From the NCBI GenBank assembly GCA_964016885.1, contig OZ024751.1, positions 42,470,001-42,534,000 of the forward strand: 64,000 nucleotides of DNA, in the 5' to 3' direction. Positions 1 through 13,680 of this stretch are shown here, in pieces (positions within the stretch are counted from its first letter, which is position 1; every line of letters begins with the position of its first letter). Under the pieces are notes generated by a model that had not been told where the DNA came from, made no database searches, and saw only the letters and a program-made list of their open reading frames with translations. Made by a program: the position numbers and the translations under genes. This stretch comes from Eledone cirrhosa. Taxonomy: Eukaryota.

Positions 1-131
1 ATGTGACTCTTCAGTCATCACATACATCAACAACAAATGTTTTAAGGCCTTTGTCTCTGCTTCAAGTCACCACATGCATTACTATGCAATTTAAAGTTGT
101 AATACTTCTAAAGGATACACACATATATACA

Positions 132-489
132 TGGAGGCACATGGCTTAGTGGTTAGAGCATTGGCCTTGCAATCGAAAGGTTGTGAGTTCAATTCTCAGA
201 CCGGGTGATGTGTTGTTTCCTTGAGCAAGACACTTTATTTCACATTGCTCCAGTTTACTCAGCTGTAGAAATGAGATGATAGGGACTGGGGGTCCCTATC
301 ATTCCACTGCAAAGTGGTCGTGGAGGTGCCACGGCAAAAAAGCACCCAGCCCTCACTGTAAATGAGGTTGGTGTTAGGAAGGGCATCCAGCTGTAGAAAT
401 CAAGCCAGAATCAGTTCCCGTCCCACCCTTGCAAGCAGGGAAAAAGCAGACGTAAAATGAAATGATGATGATGATGATGATGAATGATG
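132..489 (+). mobile_element. tRNA-derived SINE with RTE-type (GAT)n tail
   Basis: A box tggcttagtgg, B box gagttcaattc, tail gacgtaaaatga..(gat)n. A close copy lies inverted at 22130-22524. Confidence 0.85.
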
Positions 490-568
490 ACACACACAGC
501 TATGTTGGTACCACAACATCCAGGCTGAAACAAATGAGGTTGTGTAGGTGTCACGACAAAAAAACACA

Positions 569-795
569 CAGTCCACGCTGTAATGTGGCCGTGTAGGCAA
601 CATGGGAAAAACCTCCCAGTTCCACACTGTAAATGTGGTTGGTGTTAGGAAGGGCATCCAGCTGTAGAAAACCCGCCAGACAGTCCACGCTGTAATGTGG
701 CCGTGTAGGTAACACAGTAAAAACCTCCCAGTTCCACACTGTAAATGTGGTTGGTGTTAAGAAGGGCATCCAGCCGTAGAAAACCCGCCAGACAG
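569..795 (+). repeat. 112-bp tandem duplication inside a retroposon body ending in an RTE-like tail (about 890)
   Basis: cagtccacgctgtaatgtggccgtgtagg at 569 and 681. Confidence 0.8.
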
Positions 796-1016
796 TCCTA
801 TGCGAACAAGACAACCACTCTTGCCTCAAGTGGGAAAACTCCCGTCCAAACCCATGTAAGCGTGGAATATGGACGTTAAACGATGATGATCACACAAACA
901 CACACACACACAAACACACATATATATATATACTCACACACACATACATATTTATATACATATATATATATATATATATATACACTCATAATTATATTCA
1001 CACACATAGATACACA

Positions 1017-1213
1017 TACAAGGGTCGGCTGAAAAGTTCATAGGCAGACTATGGAGGAGTGATGCTAGAGCTGTGAAATCTTGCATGCATTAATTTCAAC
1101 TCTTATCAATAACTGCATTGTTTCTTTCCAGAGACTGTTGATAAATAAACCTCATTTGGTCATTCCATGAGAGTATCTTGGTCAGCCTATGGACTTTTCA
1201 GCTGACCCTCGTG
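1017..1213. mobile_element. Mariner-type MITE (about 200 bp)
   Basis: TIRs tacaagggtcggctgaaaagttcatagg / cctatggacttttcagctgaccctcgt. Further copies at 7603 and 41631. Confidence 0.8.
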
Positions 1214-1219
1214 TATGTA

Positions 1220-1301
<82 letters not shown>

Positions 1302-1557
1302 TACACACATATATATACATATACATACAGATATTATTATACAACTTAGCTCCATTAGTAACTGTGTATTAATTACCCATCACACATTTTATGTTATCAT
1401 TTGTTTAAATTTTAACTTCTTGTAACAACGCAGCAGAAAATATTTTAAAGCAGAATTTGTTAATTCAAATGTTTATAATATCTTTACTGGTGAATAGGTT
1501 GTTTTGAACATTTGCAATAAACTAAAGACTATATTTTTTCATCTGATGTAGCCATAT

Positions 1558-1878
1558 TGTTGTTTTATACTTTTCAAGAATGTCTTGTTAATGTGGTTTC
1601 ATGTGGTACAGTATGTTATGAGTTAATGTGATACAGTCATAGTGTTGTTTTATACTTTTCAAGAATGTTTTGTTAATGTGGTTTCATGTGGTACAGTATG
1701 TTATGAGTTAATGTGATAGTCATAGTGTTGTTTTATACTTTTCAAGAATGTTTTGTTAATGTGGTTTCATGTGGTACAGGATGTTATGATTTAATGTGAT
1801 ACAGTCATAGTGTTGTTTTATACTTTTCAAGAATGTCTTGTTAATGTGGTTTCATGTGGTACAGTATGTTATGAATTA
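1558..1878. repeat. About 85-bp tandem repeat x3.7, amplified end of a TTAA-type MITE
   Basis: tgttttatacttttcaagaatg recurs at 1561, 1646, 1729 and 1814. The same sequence occurs singly at about 32670 and 58790, and reversed at about 35820. Confidence 0.88.
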
Positions 1879-3591
1879 ATTCCTGCTGCTATTAATTAAA
1901 GCCCACTTAAAGTGCCTTATAATTAGTTAATATGTTCAGTTTTGTCATAGCTTGATGCCCGATGCCCTTCCCAGTCCTATCCAAGTATTTTATCACAAAA
2001 TCTTAGATATTACAAATGCAACTATCTTTCCAGGTCTTGCTGAAATAGATTCTAATTAATTCCATTTAACCTGATATTTTATTTAAGTACATTTTCATTT
2101 CAGACTCTCCTTTATCATTTCTTATCTGAAATTAAACAATCAACCTTTTCTTTTCCAATAAATTCTTAAAAGAAATGTTAACAATTTCCATTATTTTATG
2201 CACCATTTCTTCATAGTTGCTGTATTGATTCTTAAAATAAATTTCTCTTGATTAGATTTGAATAATTGTAAATGTAGTTTAGATCTCAAAATTACAGCTG
2301 TTTAAACTTATGCAATGATAGCCAGTTACTTGTTATTCATTACTATTATTGTTGTTGTTGTTATTTTAGAACATTTGAATGATTATCATTCTCAGAGTTG
2401 TTTTTTCTTTTTAAAGAAAACATTTTTATATTTTAATTAAATTATTCTGTTGCTTCTTTCTTTCTTTCTTCGCTCTTAACTGTCAGTCAGGATTATATTG
2501 ATTCCTGTATCTGTTTAACCCTTGGCATAGCAACCTGGCCAAAACCTGCCCTCGTTTCTATGTAAAACAAAAAAGACATCCATTTTAAATGGTTCCTATT
2601 AAAATTATGTTTCGACATAATTTCATCAAAGAACTGCATGACAAGTTGCTATCTTAGTCATGAAATAATTAATTTTGGTTAATCCTTCCAAATTCTTTAT
2701 TAATTAATTGAAAGTGTTACTATTTAAATTAAAATCTTTCAATTTTGTATAAGAATTATATCTTGCATTACTTTCTTGGTAATGAAATAATTAATAATAA
2801 TTTTAGTAAATTACTCCAAATTCTTCACTAATTCATTGAAATTGAGAGTATTTCACTAGAAATATGTTCATAATGTCGTGGGTTTGATACCCGAACTGGG
2901 TTGTGTGTTGTGTTCTTGAGCAAAACACTTCATTTTATCTTGTTCCAGTATACTCAGCTGAAAATGAGTACCCTGTGATAGACTGGCGTCCTGTCCAGGA
3001 GAGAGTCTTGGACTCTGTTGCTTAACCCTTTAATGTTCAAACCGGCCAAAACCGGCCAGAATTCTCTACCTTTTTCTGTTGAAACTGGCTGTAACTGGTC
3101 ACTCAAACTGATGTTAAGGTATTGTTCTCAAAATAAATACTTTCAAAATCTCATAGATTCGATATTATGTGAGATAATTATGCGAGGTAAAGCCTTTACC
3201 ATGAAAATACAATAGTATATATAGAGTAATGTGAATGCCATTGAAACAGGGATAAGCATTGGCCTGATGAGGCTCATGGCAGACTTTAGACTTTTATGGT
3301 ATAAAGACACTTGCTAAAAGTACCATGCGATGTGATTGAACCAACAAATGTCATGGTTGTGAAGCAAACTACTTAATTACATAGTTAATCACCCATTTCA
3401 TACATATAGTCTAATTAGAGAATATTTGGCCTGGCAGGCATAAGCTAAATCATTTGAATTCTAACCTTTCTCCTCAATAAATTAGCTTTGTGCCTAAAAA
3501 TAAATATTCTATTTAATCATATTTATCATGCTTTGTAGGTATGATTTATCTTGTCTCAATACATCTCTTTCAATGCATTATTCCAAGTATT

Positions 3592-4062
3592 TAACCCTTT
3601 CATTACCATATTTCTAATGAAATATGCTTCCTGTGGTTTTTATATAATTTTGAAAATAATCAAGAATTTGGAAGGATTAATAAAATAACTTAGTTGTTAT
3701 TAAATTGCTCTTTGGAACATAACCCCTTAGCATTCACATTACTCTATATTTACCTTTATATTTTTGCAGTAAAGGCTTTATTTATCTCACATAATATTGA
3801 ATCTATGAGATTTTGATATTTATTTTGAGAACTATACCGTAACATCAGTATGAGTGGCCAGTTACAGCTGGTTTGAACAGAAAGAGGTGAGAGAATTCTG
3901 GCTGGTTATGGCCGGTTTAAATGCTAGAAGGTTAAAAAATCCATACATAAAGTTATGGTGTAATTTTTTTTTTTTAATATAAATGTAAACACTTTAAAAC
4001 AAACAGCTCAGTATCATAGAACCATGGGCAGTTTCGGTTGGTTTGGTATCAAAAGGATTAAA
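3592..4062. mobile_element. TTAA-ended (piggyBac-like) MITE with a second MITE nested at about 3720-3935
   Basis: Outer ends ttaaccctttcattacca / tggtatcaaaaggattaa. Inner ends taaccccttagcatt / aatgctagaaggttaa. Confidence 0.65.
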
Positions 4063-4292
4063 AAGACTGGCAATGCACAATTGTGACTTCTTAGAATGAA
4101 ATATTTGACCTTTTGCATCTCTTGCATTTTGATGAGTTTGGCTGCAGTCCAAAATATTTGTTTAGCAGATCTTAAATCAACCAAATATTTTGATTATAGT
4201 GAAGTATATCCTCTTGCTACAGTAGGATTTGAGCCATTCTAATAGGTTAAACTGGTAGGACTTATTTCTCCCACTTGTCAAAATATTTATCT

Positions 4293-4331
<39 letters not shown>

Positions 4332-4618
4332 ATGTGTGCGTGTGTGAGAGAGTGTACAGCTGTGTTAGAATGTTTGTTAGCCACTCAGTAGCTCATCCCC
4401 GGCACAATATCTTTCTGTTCTAGTTATGCTAAGATTATAAAGTACGGTTGAGATTGCAAAGTTAATAAGGCAGCCTTCTATTCTTGCCTAATGTTTCAGG
4501 TTCCATTGATTTGTATCAGATGGCCTCATTTCTTAACTACACTTAAGATGGGCCTATTTTATATTAGAATATATAACAGATGCTGCAGGCTGGTGAATTG
4601 GCAGATCTATTAGAAACA

Positions 4619-4686
4619 AGATGTGGCTGGCTCGAAACATGTGGCTGGCTCGAAACATGTGGCTGGCTCGAAACATGTGGCTGGTT
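4619..4686. repeat. 18-bp tandem repeat x3.5
   Basis: atgtggctggctcgaaac. Confidence 0.9.
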
Positions 4687-5167
4687 CATAAGATGGAACT
4701 AGTTCACAAGATGTTTACTGGCTTGAAAGATGGGACTGCCTCACAAAATGATCAGATAGAATGCTTTGCAGTATTCTGGCTCTCTGCGCTCTATATTCAA
4801 ATTATGCTAGGGTCAACTTTACCTTTCATGCCTTTAAGGTCGATAAAAAAACAATATCAGTTTAGTACTGGGGTCGATTCTTTCTCTCTATACATTTTTC
4901 TCATTTCCTCTCTATCAGTCTCTCTGGGAGAAGTCAGCTGTACTCAGACCTGGAGAGAGGATTGGCTCTGCCAAGTTTAAAACACCCAAGAAACACTATT
5001 ATTTTAATATCCAAAAAACTTCCTATGAGATATAACCTCATAGTGTACCATTAAAACCTGCACAGGCTTGAATTATAACAACAAAAAAAAAAAAAACGCA
5101 GGAAAAAATAATTCTGAGAAAAGCAGTTTGGTTGCTATGCCTTCAATGGGTATGGAAACCCTCTTAA

Positions 5168-5410
5168 TTAACTCTTAACATCCTGTCAGGGTTTAGTGGA
5201 AAATGTTTTAAATCAAATATTTATATTATATTATATTATGTTTATATTAACGTGAAAATTTGTGACACTGTAGTAAAAATGTCAATTCTTAACATCATAC
5301 AGTTATAGGGCTGTTTTGTACTTTTGAAGGATGTTTTGAATGTCTCTTAACATCTGTACTACATGAAATCCCATTACAGTTTCATGTGGGATAGGATGTT
5401 AAGAGCTCAA
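5168..5410. mobile_element. TTAA-type MITE (ttaactcttaacatcct family)
   Basis: TIR ttaactcttaacatcct / aggatgttaagag. Many relatives occur across the window. Confidence 0.65.
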
Positions 5411-7602
5411 AAACCCATCTTGTGTGGTACCTTGTTTGATGTCACTATGTAAGAACCACATTAACCCTTTTCCTACCACATTTCTACTACCCATGTTTCA
5501 TTATATTTTGAAAATAATGAAGTGGTTAGGAATTCTGGCTTTCAGTACCCAGGTGGGCCAAGTTCGACTCGGGTGTGGGAATTCTTTTACTTGCAAGAAA
5601 AAAATGGTTGTTAAATGATCATAATGATTTGGAAATAATAAAATATCTTTTTTATTATTAAGCTGATGTTTGGAGGTGTAATTTAACACTATAAAACAAG
5701 TCATAAAACTGGGGGTAAATTCAGGTGGTTTGGTATCAAAATGGTTGATTGTTGTATAGGGAAGAAGGTAGGGTGGTGGACGAAATGCTTTGTGATGTAT
5801 TTAGCTGCATACCTTGATGTTTTTAGTTGAAGTCCCACCAAGGTCAACTTTGCTTTTCCTTGAGGGGTCGATAAAATAAAGTACCAGTGATGCACTGGGT
5901 AATTGCTGGCCTTGTGCCTAAAGTAGAAACAATATTACTATATAGTGGTGTTGTAGTAAATATAGTGTAGTAAATATATTGGAACAATAGAAGTTATCCT
6001 GCTCTGACTTAATTTCTTCAACTGTTCTTTTGACAAAGGGATTTTACCCCTGAAATATTATTTTAGAATTTAATATAACATTTGCATTGCTGTAGCGTCT
6101 AACCCATGCTAGCGTGGAAGATAGACGTTAAACGATGATGATGATGTAGCCCTTGGAGAAAAACACTATTTTATATATCTTTAACTTCTGGATTTAAATC
6201 CAACCAAAATTCATGTTGCTTTCTTGTGTTGATAAAGCAAGTACTAAACAAGTACTACTAAGTAGTACTAGGCCAGTGCTCATTCTATTAATGCTACTTT
6301 TCTTCACAAATTTGTGACATTCCAATCTGAAAAATTATATCATCATTGCTATGATATTACTACAAATAATTTGACACAGTTTGTATACAAATATACAAGT
6401 GTACATAAAATAAATATAGCTGTGTGTGTGGGTGGATGGGGAGTTGTCTCAATGTATGTATGACCTTGTAAATATAAAAGGAAGCGTGTTAAAATGTTCA
6501 CAACTAGATTGTATAGAATGTTCTACATCAAATTTGACTCTGTTCATCACTGGGCCAGTGTTAATGCATGTTGGCTATTATACATAGGAACAGCTGTAGG
6601 GTTGAACATAATTGTATTCTAGAAGGTATTAACTATTGATTTTTACTGTTTATATATATTTAAGATTCTCTATATCAGGTTATTTTATTGGATTAATCTA
6701 TTTACAGTAGGCAGTGAATTGGCAGAGTCGTTAGAATGTCTGATAGAATGCTTTATAGTATTTGTTCTGACTCTCTGCTCTCTGAGATCAAATCCCGCTG
6801 AGGGGGTCAACTTTACCTTTCATCCATTTAAGGTTGATAAAAAAAACTACCAGCAAGTACTGGGGTTGATTCTCACTCTCTCTATCTTTCTCTGGAAAAA
6901 ATCTGCTGTATTCAGACCTGGAGAATTGATGGGCTTTACCAGGTATAAGAATGCTCTAGAAATACTGTATGACAATATGGCACCCCTACGATTCCATACT
7001 ATTTACAGTGTTTGTTGTAAAAGATGAGTTTTGTGTGAAATTTTTAGGCTTAGTTGCCTATAATGTTTTACAATCACGAGCATTATTATGCCCCCCTCCC
7101 CCCCCAAGTCATTTTAGTGGAGAACTTATAGAAATCAGAAAATGAAGATATCTAAAAGCAGGTTTGTTAATTCAAATGTTTAAAATATACTGGATATATC
7201 ATTGTGAAAATTTGCAGTTTTAGAATAAAAACTTAAATTTTTAATATGATAGTCATAATACTTTTTTCTATTTTTCAAGACTGTCTCGCTAATTTGGTTT
7301 CATGTGGTACAGAATGTTAAAATTTAAATTCTATCATAATCTCTATTGTGAATTATTAATAGATGTCTCTTCAGGATTCCAAGTGATAAAATATATAATC
7401 TAGTAATGCTACAATTGTTCTTTCAAGTTAGAGTTAATGGTAGTTATCAAATATAATAATACACCATGTGTTTTGTATATTTATATATATAGTTGTCTGT
7501 AACTCTGTAAAATTTGCAATCACACATATACACACTATTTTTTTCCTATCTCAGTCATTTTGAAGTTACTCATATTTAATCCTGTATGCCATTTGTAATA
7601 TG

Positions 7603-7808
7603 TACAAGGGTTGGCTGAAAGGTTCATATGCTGACCAAGATACTCTCATGGAATGACCAAATGAAGGTTATTTTTCAACATAGTCCCTAGAAAGAAACAA
7701 TGGAGTTATTAATAAGAAGAGTTGAAATTAATGCAAGATTTCACAGCCCTAGCATCACTCCTTTGTAATCAGCCTCTCGGCCTCTAAACTTTTCAGTTGA
7801 CTCTCGTA
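7603..7808. mobile_element. Mariner-type MITE, opposite orientation to 1017
   Basis: Same TIRs, with the internal sequence reversed. Confidence 0.8.
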
Positions 7809-8587
7809 CACCAAGGACTATAAAAACTTGTTACTTATTGAGAAAATAACATTATTTGAAATAACAGGAATAATCTAAAAATTAGTTATTTACTCACTTA
7901 TTTTGTATTAACATTTTCCTTGACATATTTCTCACGATATACAATACAGAAAGGTTAATTAAAGATTTCGTAGATTTATTAAAATTAATTATTTCAATAT
8001 TAAGCTAGTGTCATATTTAACAAAAGTTTTTTTTCTTTTTAAATATAAAATTATGTTGGAAGCTTTTGGTTTAAATAGGAACCCTTTAAAATGAATTGGT
8101 TTTGTTAGCTAAAACCAGAGCTGGTTGTGATCAAATTTAGCAATTTGATATGTTTAGAGTTTGGTTGTCCTTGGATTTAAACTGCTATAGAAATGATTGT
8201 TCTTTAATAGCAAACTTCCTTAATGCAATTAAGTAGCCATTAGGAAGAAGGAAGCTCCCCTTCCCTTAGCTCTTTTGATAAAAAAAAGGACATTTTATTG
8301 AACATTTCAGATGCTAATATGCTAATTTCAGTGAAAGTCGCTCATATATATTTGATGTGGAAAATGGACGCTAAAGGGTTTTAAAATATCTGAATATTAA
8401 ATGAAGCTGGAGTAAATTATGTTAGAATTATTTGTGTGTATGTGCACACACAGACGCACATACAAAGATACACAGTGGTGGTGGTGGTGGTGTAGGGGTA
8501 TTTATTAGTGTGTGGTGGAGCCGTTAGAGCAAGGTTTTATGGTTATATATTCATTTTAACATTAATCACATAAAAAGAAATGGATAC

Positions 8588-8621
<34 letters not shown>

Positions 8622-9617
8622 CTTAGAATTAGTTTGACTGATTACAGTATAAGATACCAAACAGAAACATTTGAACAGGTTTGATTTTAATTTGTAGTCA
8701 TTTAAACTTGAAAGTATTTCATTATGTCTTTAATGTGTTGCTCAACCAGATTTATTTAAATTTCTATTAATTTTTATAACCGGTAGCAATTTACTGTTAT
8801 TGAACATTCATATTTTCTGTAAAATCTGCATAATATTTTAACCTTTTTGATTCCAAACTGTCTGAAACTGGCCCCCCTAGTTCTATCATACAAAACTGTT
8901 TATATTAATGGGATTTAGTTTTAATGTGTCATGGTTTTTATGTCTGCTTTTCTACGATTGCATGGGTTGGACAGCTCCTTTTCAGCACAGCTTGTCTTCA
9001 CTTGTTGCATTCCCTTTTTTATCTCCTCTGTGAGTTTCAACAATTTGAGATAAGCTCTCATCTCCTTCATCAAAGTTTCCTTCTATTGGGATATCTTGGT
9101 ACTTCTTCACTCAGTGATTATCATCCATGTGCATTACATGTCTATATCAATGCAGTCTTTTGCACACTATTTCAGAGTCCTCTTAAACCTAGTTTTTCTC
9201 TGTTAATTTTATAAAATACCATAAAATACCCTTTGTTAAATTATGAGACACCAGATGAATGATAAATGACACTACCTGTGATTTAAAAATAATCAAGAAT
9301 TTGAAGGGATTTAGTAATATAACTAACTTTCTCATTGTAAAGTTGGTGTTTGGAGCATAACTTAACAAAGGTTCTTAGCTGAAATTATAATAGGTTTTTA
9401 GATAAATATAAACATTTTAAAACATACAATTTTGTGTTGTAAAACTTGGAGTTTTTAGGTGACTTGGTATCAAAAAGGTTAAAATATTGAAAGAAATATA
9501 GTTCTGGGGTGTAGTTGGTTCCTCTCCCTTTCCTTTGTTGCTTCATTCTCTTTTTTTCTTTTTCTTCTTTCCCCCTATCAAGAATAACTTTAGATTTCAT
9601 TGTTAAATAGGAACCCT

Positions 9618-9859
9618 TTAACCCTTTAGCATTCACATTACCCTATATTTACTATTGTATTTTCACTGTAAATGCTTTACCTCACAATTATCTACGAGAT
9701 TTTGATGAATAAATAATATCAAAATCTATGAGATTGATATTATTTATTTTGAGAACAACACCTTAACATCAGTATGAGTGGCTGGTTAGGACTGGTTTGA
9801 ACAGAAAGAGGTGAGAGAATTCTGGCCAGATATGGCCGGTTTAAATGCTAAAGGGTTAA
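9618..9859. mobile_element. TTAA-ended piggyBac-like MITE
   Basis: Perfect TIR ttaaccctttagcatt / aatgctaaagggttaa. Relatives at about 3022-3240 (reversed), 3720 and 42845-43006. Confidence 0.8.
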
Positions 9860-9902
9860 AGTGTGGTTTTGTTTCATAGAACTAGTCAGTTTTGGTTGTC
9901 AG

Positions 9903-9954
9903 TACTGCTACTACTGCTGCTGCTACCAGCACCACCACCACCAGCACCACCACC

Positions 9955-9985
<31 letters not shown>

Positions 9986-10058
9986 CCACCACCACCACCA
10001 CCACCACCACCACCACCAACAACTACTACTATTGTTGCTGCTACTACTATTACTACTA
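9903..10058. repeat. Compound trinucleotide microsatellite, mainly (CAC)n
   Basis: Direct observation. Confidence 0.95.
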
Positions 10059-11263
10059 AACTCATCCACTTTGTGTACATCACAGCTTCTTGAAAGTTTG
10101 GTATCAAAACAGTTAATTCTCTTCAAGTATCCCTTTATCAACACTTAGGCATTTTTATTTTTCTCTCATAATATTTAGAAATATGTTGCTTTTGGAAAGT
10201 ATGAGCTATTTCAATTGTCCATTGTTATAGTTTTAAACACACTGCCAGTCTTAGTAAATTTGGTAAGATTGCCACTTCAAATCTTGTCATCAGCTCATTC
10301 ACATTTCATACCAGATAATGGTTGTAAGGCTAACTGTTGTATATCATTTCAGAAATGTTCAATAGACTTTATGAAAATATGTAATAAACATTTGAAATAT
10401 TTCTCATAGAACTTTTTTTATACATTGATGCTTGTACATACAAACTCCTCAACTATTCTTGACATAAGAAACTTTTGACAACATATGTTACAAATACCAT
10501 CTAGATAACGTAATAAATAATTATTTTAGTAAATTCCTCCAAATGCTTTATTAAATAAAATGGTATTTCATTAGAAATATGGTAAGGAAAGAGTTAATGC
10601 AAAAAAAATTCGAAGAAATGAAATTCTGAGATTGACTTTTAAAATGTCAGAAATAAGTTGTGTGAATTTCTTTTATAGTTTCTTTTTTTAAATACAATTT
10701 AATTTGGTTAAAATTATTAGATTTCATTTTTGACACAAGATCATCATCATCATTACCATCATATCTAGGTCCAATTTTCCATGCTGGCATGGGTTAGGTG
10801 GGGCATTTTGAGACAATGTCTTATAGCCAGATGCCCCTCCTGACATAAACCCTTTTCATATGGTGTCCCTATTCTAAGAACTTGAATGTAGTGTGCCTAT
10901 TCTAAGAACCTGGATGCAGTGTGCCTATTCTAAGAAGCTGGAATCATACATAATCTCTTTGAGAGTTATTTTAATAATTTGTCTGCTCTTAACTAGAACT
11001 TTCTATCCAAATGAAAACATACAAATGTTTATTTTTCATTTATTTCTTCACTCGGTCTTATTTACTCAGGCTGGTGGTTTTGATTTCTTTATACATTATC
11101 ATACTTTCTATATGTCATTGGATTCACTTAATCAATAAACAAATGTGTAACAATCTAAACAAATTAATAATAAAGCTTTTTAGTATTTAGTAGTTTTGTA
11201 TTTTGTGTAAGACTTGCTTCAGATTAAACTGTTTACATGACAACTGCTTCATCACTGCTTCCG

Positions 11264-11334
11264 CCACCACCATCACTGCCATTGCCACCACCTCCATTGC
11301 TGCCACCACCACCACCACCACCACCACCACCACC

Positions 11335-11368
<34 letters not shown>

Positions 11369-11372
11369 TTAT
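11264..11372. repeat. (CAC)n(CAT)n microsatellite
   Basis: Direct observation. Confidence 0.95.
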
Positions 11373-11799
11373 TGCCATAATATTGGTTTTATGTTGGAAA
11401 AGAGTCTGTAATATATCTTGGTTCTGTCAACAATTCTCTTTTGTGATTATATTGTGTAATTTTCAAATGTTTCCTTAGTAACTTTAGTATCAGCTACCAT
11501 TTAACCATGAGCTTGCACTATTTCATTCTCTCGTGGTGGATTGGCAGTATCGGTAATGTCAGATACCATGCTTTGCAGCATATAGTTATGGCCCTTTATG
11601 TTGAGATCAAATCTTGCCACGGTTAACTTTGCCTTTCATCCTTATGGGGTCTATAAAATAAAGTACCAGTAATGCACTGGGGAAATTGCTGGCTTTGTGC
11701 TAAAAGTAGAATCAATTATTACTACAATTGCCACTTGAATGATTACTTTTTTTTTTTCACTCATTCCAATCTCTATCAAATTATATCTTACATGTCCAA

Positions 11800-12125
11800 C
11801 CATTTCCATTTGTCTCAAGCCCAGAGGCTCATCAGGCTGGTGCTTGTTCCAGTTTCTGTGGCAAGAAGGGACTAAGAGTTCAAGACCTGGAGGGCCTCAG
11901 GCCAGTGCTTGTCCCAGTTTCTGTGGCTTGAAGCAACTGAAAGTACGAGACTTATCCCTTGGGAAGGCTGCCAGTCCATAACAGGGTTAAACCTCCAGCA
12001 ATTACTGGTACTTATTTTCAGCTGAGTATACTGGAGCAACATGAAATGAAATATTTTGCTCAAGAACACAACACACAACACAGTCCAGGTATCGAATCCA
12101 AGACATGGTTAAGTCCAACACCTCC
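11800..12125 (-). mobile_element. tRNA-derived SINE (second family)
   Basis: tggtacttattttcagctgagtatactggagcaac..ttgctcaagaacacaac, shared with 33090-33378(-), 36744-37015(+) and 2872-3020(+). Confidence 0.7.
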
Positions 12126-12816
12126 CTTAGCCCCACATTCAATTTTGCTGTTAAATTAAATTTCAGAACCATCGTTAATCAGCTTTTTTATTTTTTATTT
12201 TTTTATCAAACCAATAGTGTAATAATATAGTTCAAAGTTATTGATCTGGAAATGTCTACATCCAATATTGAGATTTCAATATCATAAGCTGTTTAATTGA
12301 ATATCTTTATAAGCTCTTAACGTCTAATGATTTAGCAGAAAAATATCTAAAAACAGGTTTATTTATGTATGTGTGTGTGTTTATATGTATATATATTATA
12401 TTACATTCAAAGTAAAGGATGTCATGAATAATACAAAATCAAACATGTCTTGTCTCTAAAAACAGTTCAAGATAGAATTCAGAGTATAAAATCGAGCCTT
12501 AATCATAAGAAAGTGAATGAAATATATTTATACACACATAAGCGTGCATTAAGATATATCAAAGCTTAAAACTAGAGACGAATTACATAATTCGTTGAGT
12601 ATCTTATTAAATTTAATAAAAAAATTAAAACAAAATACCTGATAATACTAGAACTGTTTCATTTGAAGGAAATCATCAGGGTGATGATTTATTTTGAATG
12701 AAACAGTTCTAGTTCTGTAGAAATCATTTCTATATATATCTATATATATATATATATATATCATTCCTTTCACTTTGTTTCTGCTATCAGTAAAGAGTGT
12801 GTTGTGTTGTTTTCAG

Positions 12817-12952
12817 GAGCCAAATTGCGCAGTCCAAGAGCAGTCTGGAAGCTGCTGCTGAGGCTGCAGCCAGAGTAAATGCTATGCTTATTGCAAAAGG
12901 AAAACTAAAGCCCTCTCAACTTGTGCAGCCAGTTGTGAATACCAAGTCGAAG
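12817..12952 (+). CDS. KHDC4: KHDC4/BLOM7 coding exon (first visible): [45 protein letters not shown]
   Basis: tttcAG acceptor and AAG|GTgaga donor. Translation matches the KHDC4 N-terminal motif AAA.AA++NAML+AKGKLKP as recalled from the human protein. It starts in phase 2, so an upstream exon is required. Confidence 0.92.
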
Positions 12953-13334
12953 GTGAGAGAGATGAAATATTTCTAGTTTTACTGTTTTTGTTATATTTAT
13001 TGAAATCACAAATATTCTTCTTGAACTCTAGTTTCTTTGAAACAGCAAAAAAAAAAGTTTTTGTGAGTTAGTTGACTAGAATTTTAATTTGAGGATCTGT
13101 TTTGGCAATGTGCACACTTTGATAACCTACTTGGTAGGGTTTTGACTGAAGTGAAATGAAAATATCTGTTCCCATTTAATTTTCTCTATCTGTAAGGCCA
13201 TTATTAGGTTAGTATGGATAAAGTATTCATTAAAAAAGGAAGTGTATTGAAGCAAATTGGGGATGAAAGTAACTATCACATTAAATGTATTATTAGACTA
13301 GCAGAAGAAAATTTGGAATTTGTGCCAGTTTTAA

Positions 13335-13680
13335 TCTAGGTCAAATGTGTGTGTGTAACGTTGAGCCAATTCCAATGTAGGTCAAATATATGTATAATGT
13401 TGAGCTGCAATTTTAATGTAGGTCAAATGTATTATATTGAGCTGCAGTTTTAATGTAGGCCAAATATGTGTGTAATATTGAGCTGCAGTTTTTATGGAGG
13501 TCAAGTATGTGTAATATTGAGCTGCAGTTTTTATGGAGGTCAAATATATGTAATGTTGAGCCACAGTTTTGATGTAGGTCAAATATATGCATGATATTGA
13601 GCCACAGTTTCTATGTAGGTAAAAAATATATGTAATGTTCAGCAGCAGTTTCAATGTAAGTCAAATATGTATGTAATGTT
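13335..13680. repeat. Degenerate minisatellite, about 40-bp unit
   Basis: Recurring ggtcaaatat.tgtaat.ttgagc..cagtttt.atg.a. Confidence 0.85.

Noticed and set aside
132-205. tRNA gene
   Set aside because: A and B boxes are present but there is no proper cloverleaf, and the sequence continues into a SINE body. The same applies to the other SINE heads.
3255-3295. CTGATGA hammerhead-like start (also 11829-11835 on the minus strand)
   Set aside because: No correctly placed GAAA, NUH or stem I. It lies in a SINE 3' region.
9861-10148. Poly-His, poly-Pro, poly-Gly and poly-Trp ORFs
   Set aside because: They are translations of a (CAC)n microsatellite, with no supported splice context or homology.
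1-12816. First exon or promoter of KHDC4
   Set aside because: No ATG-bearing phase-2 exon or CpG-rich promoter could be recognised. It is probably upstream of the window or too short to spot.
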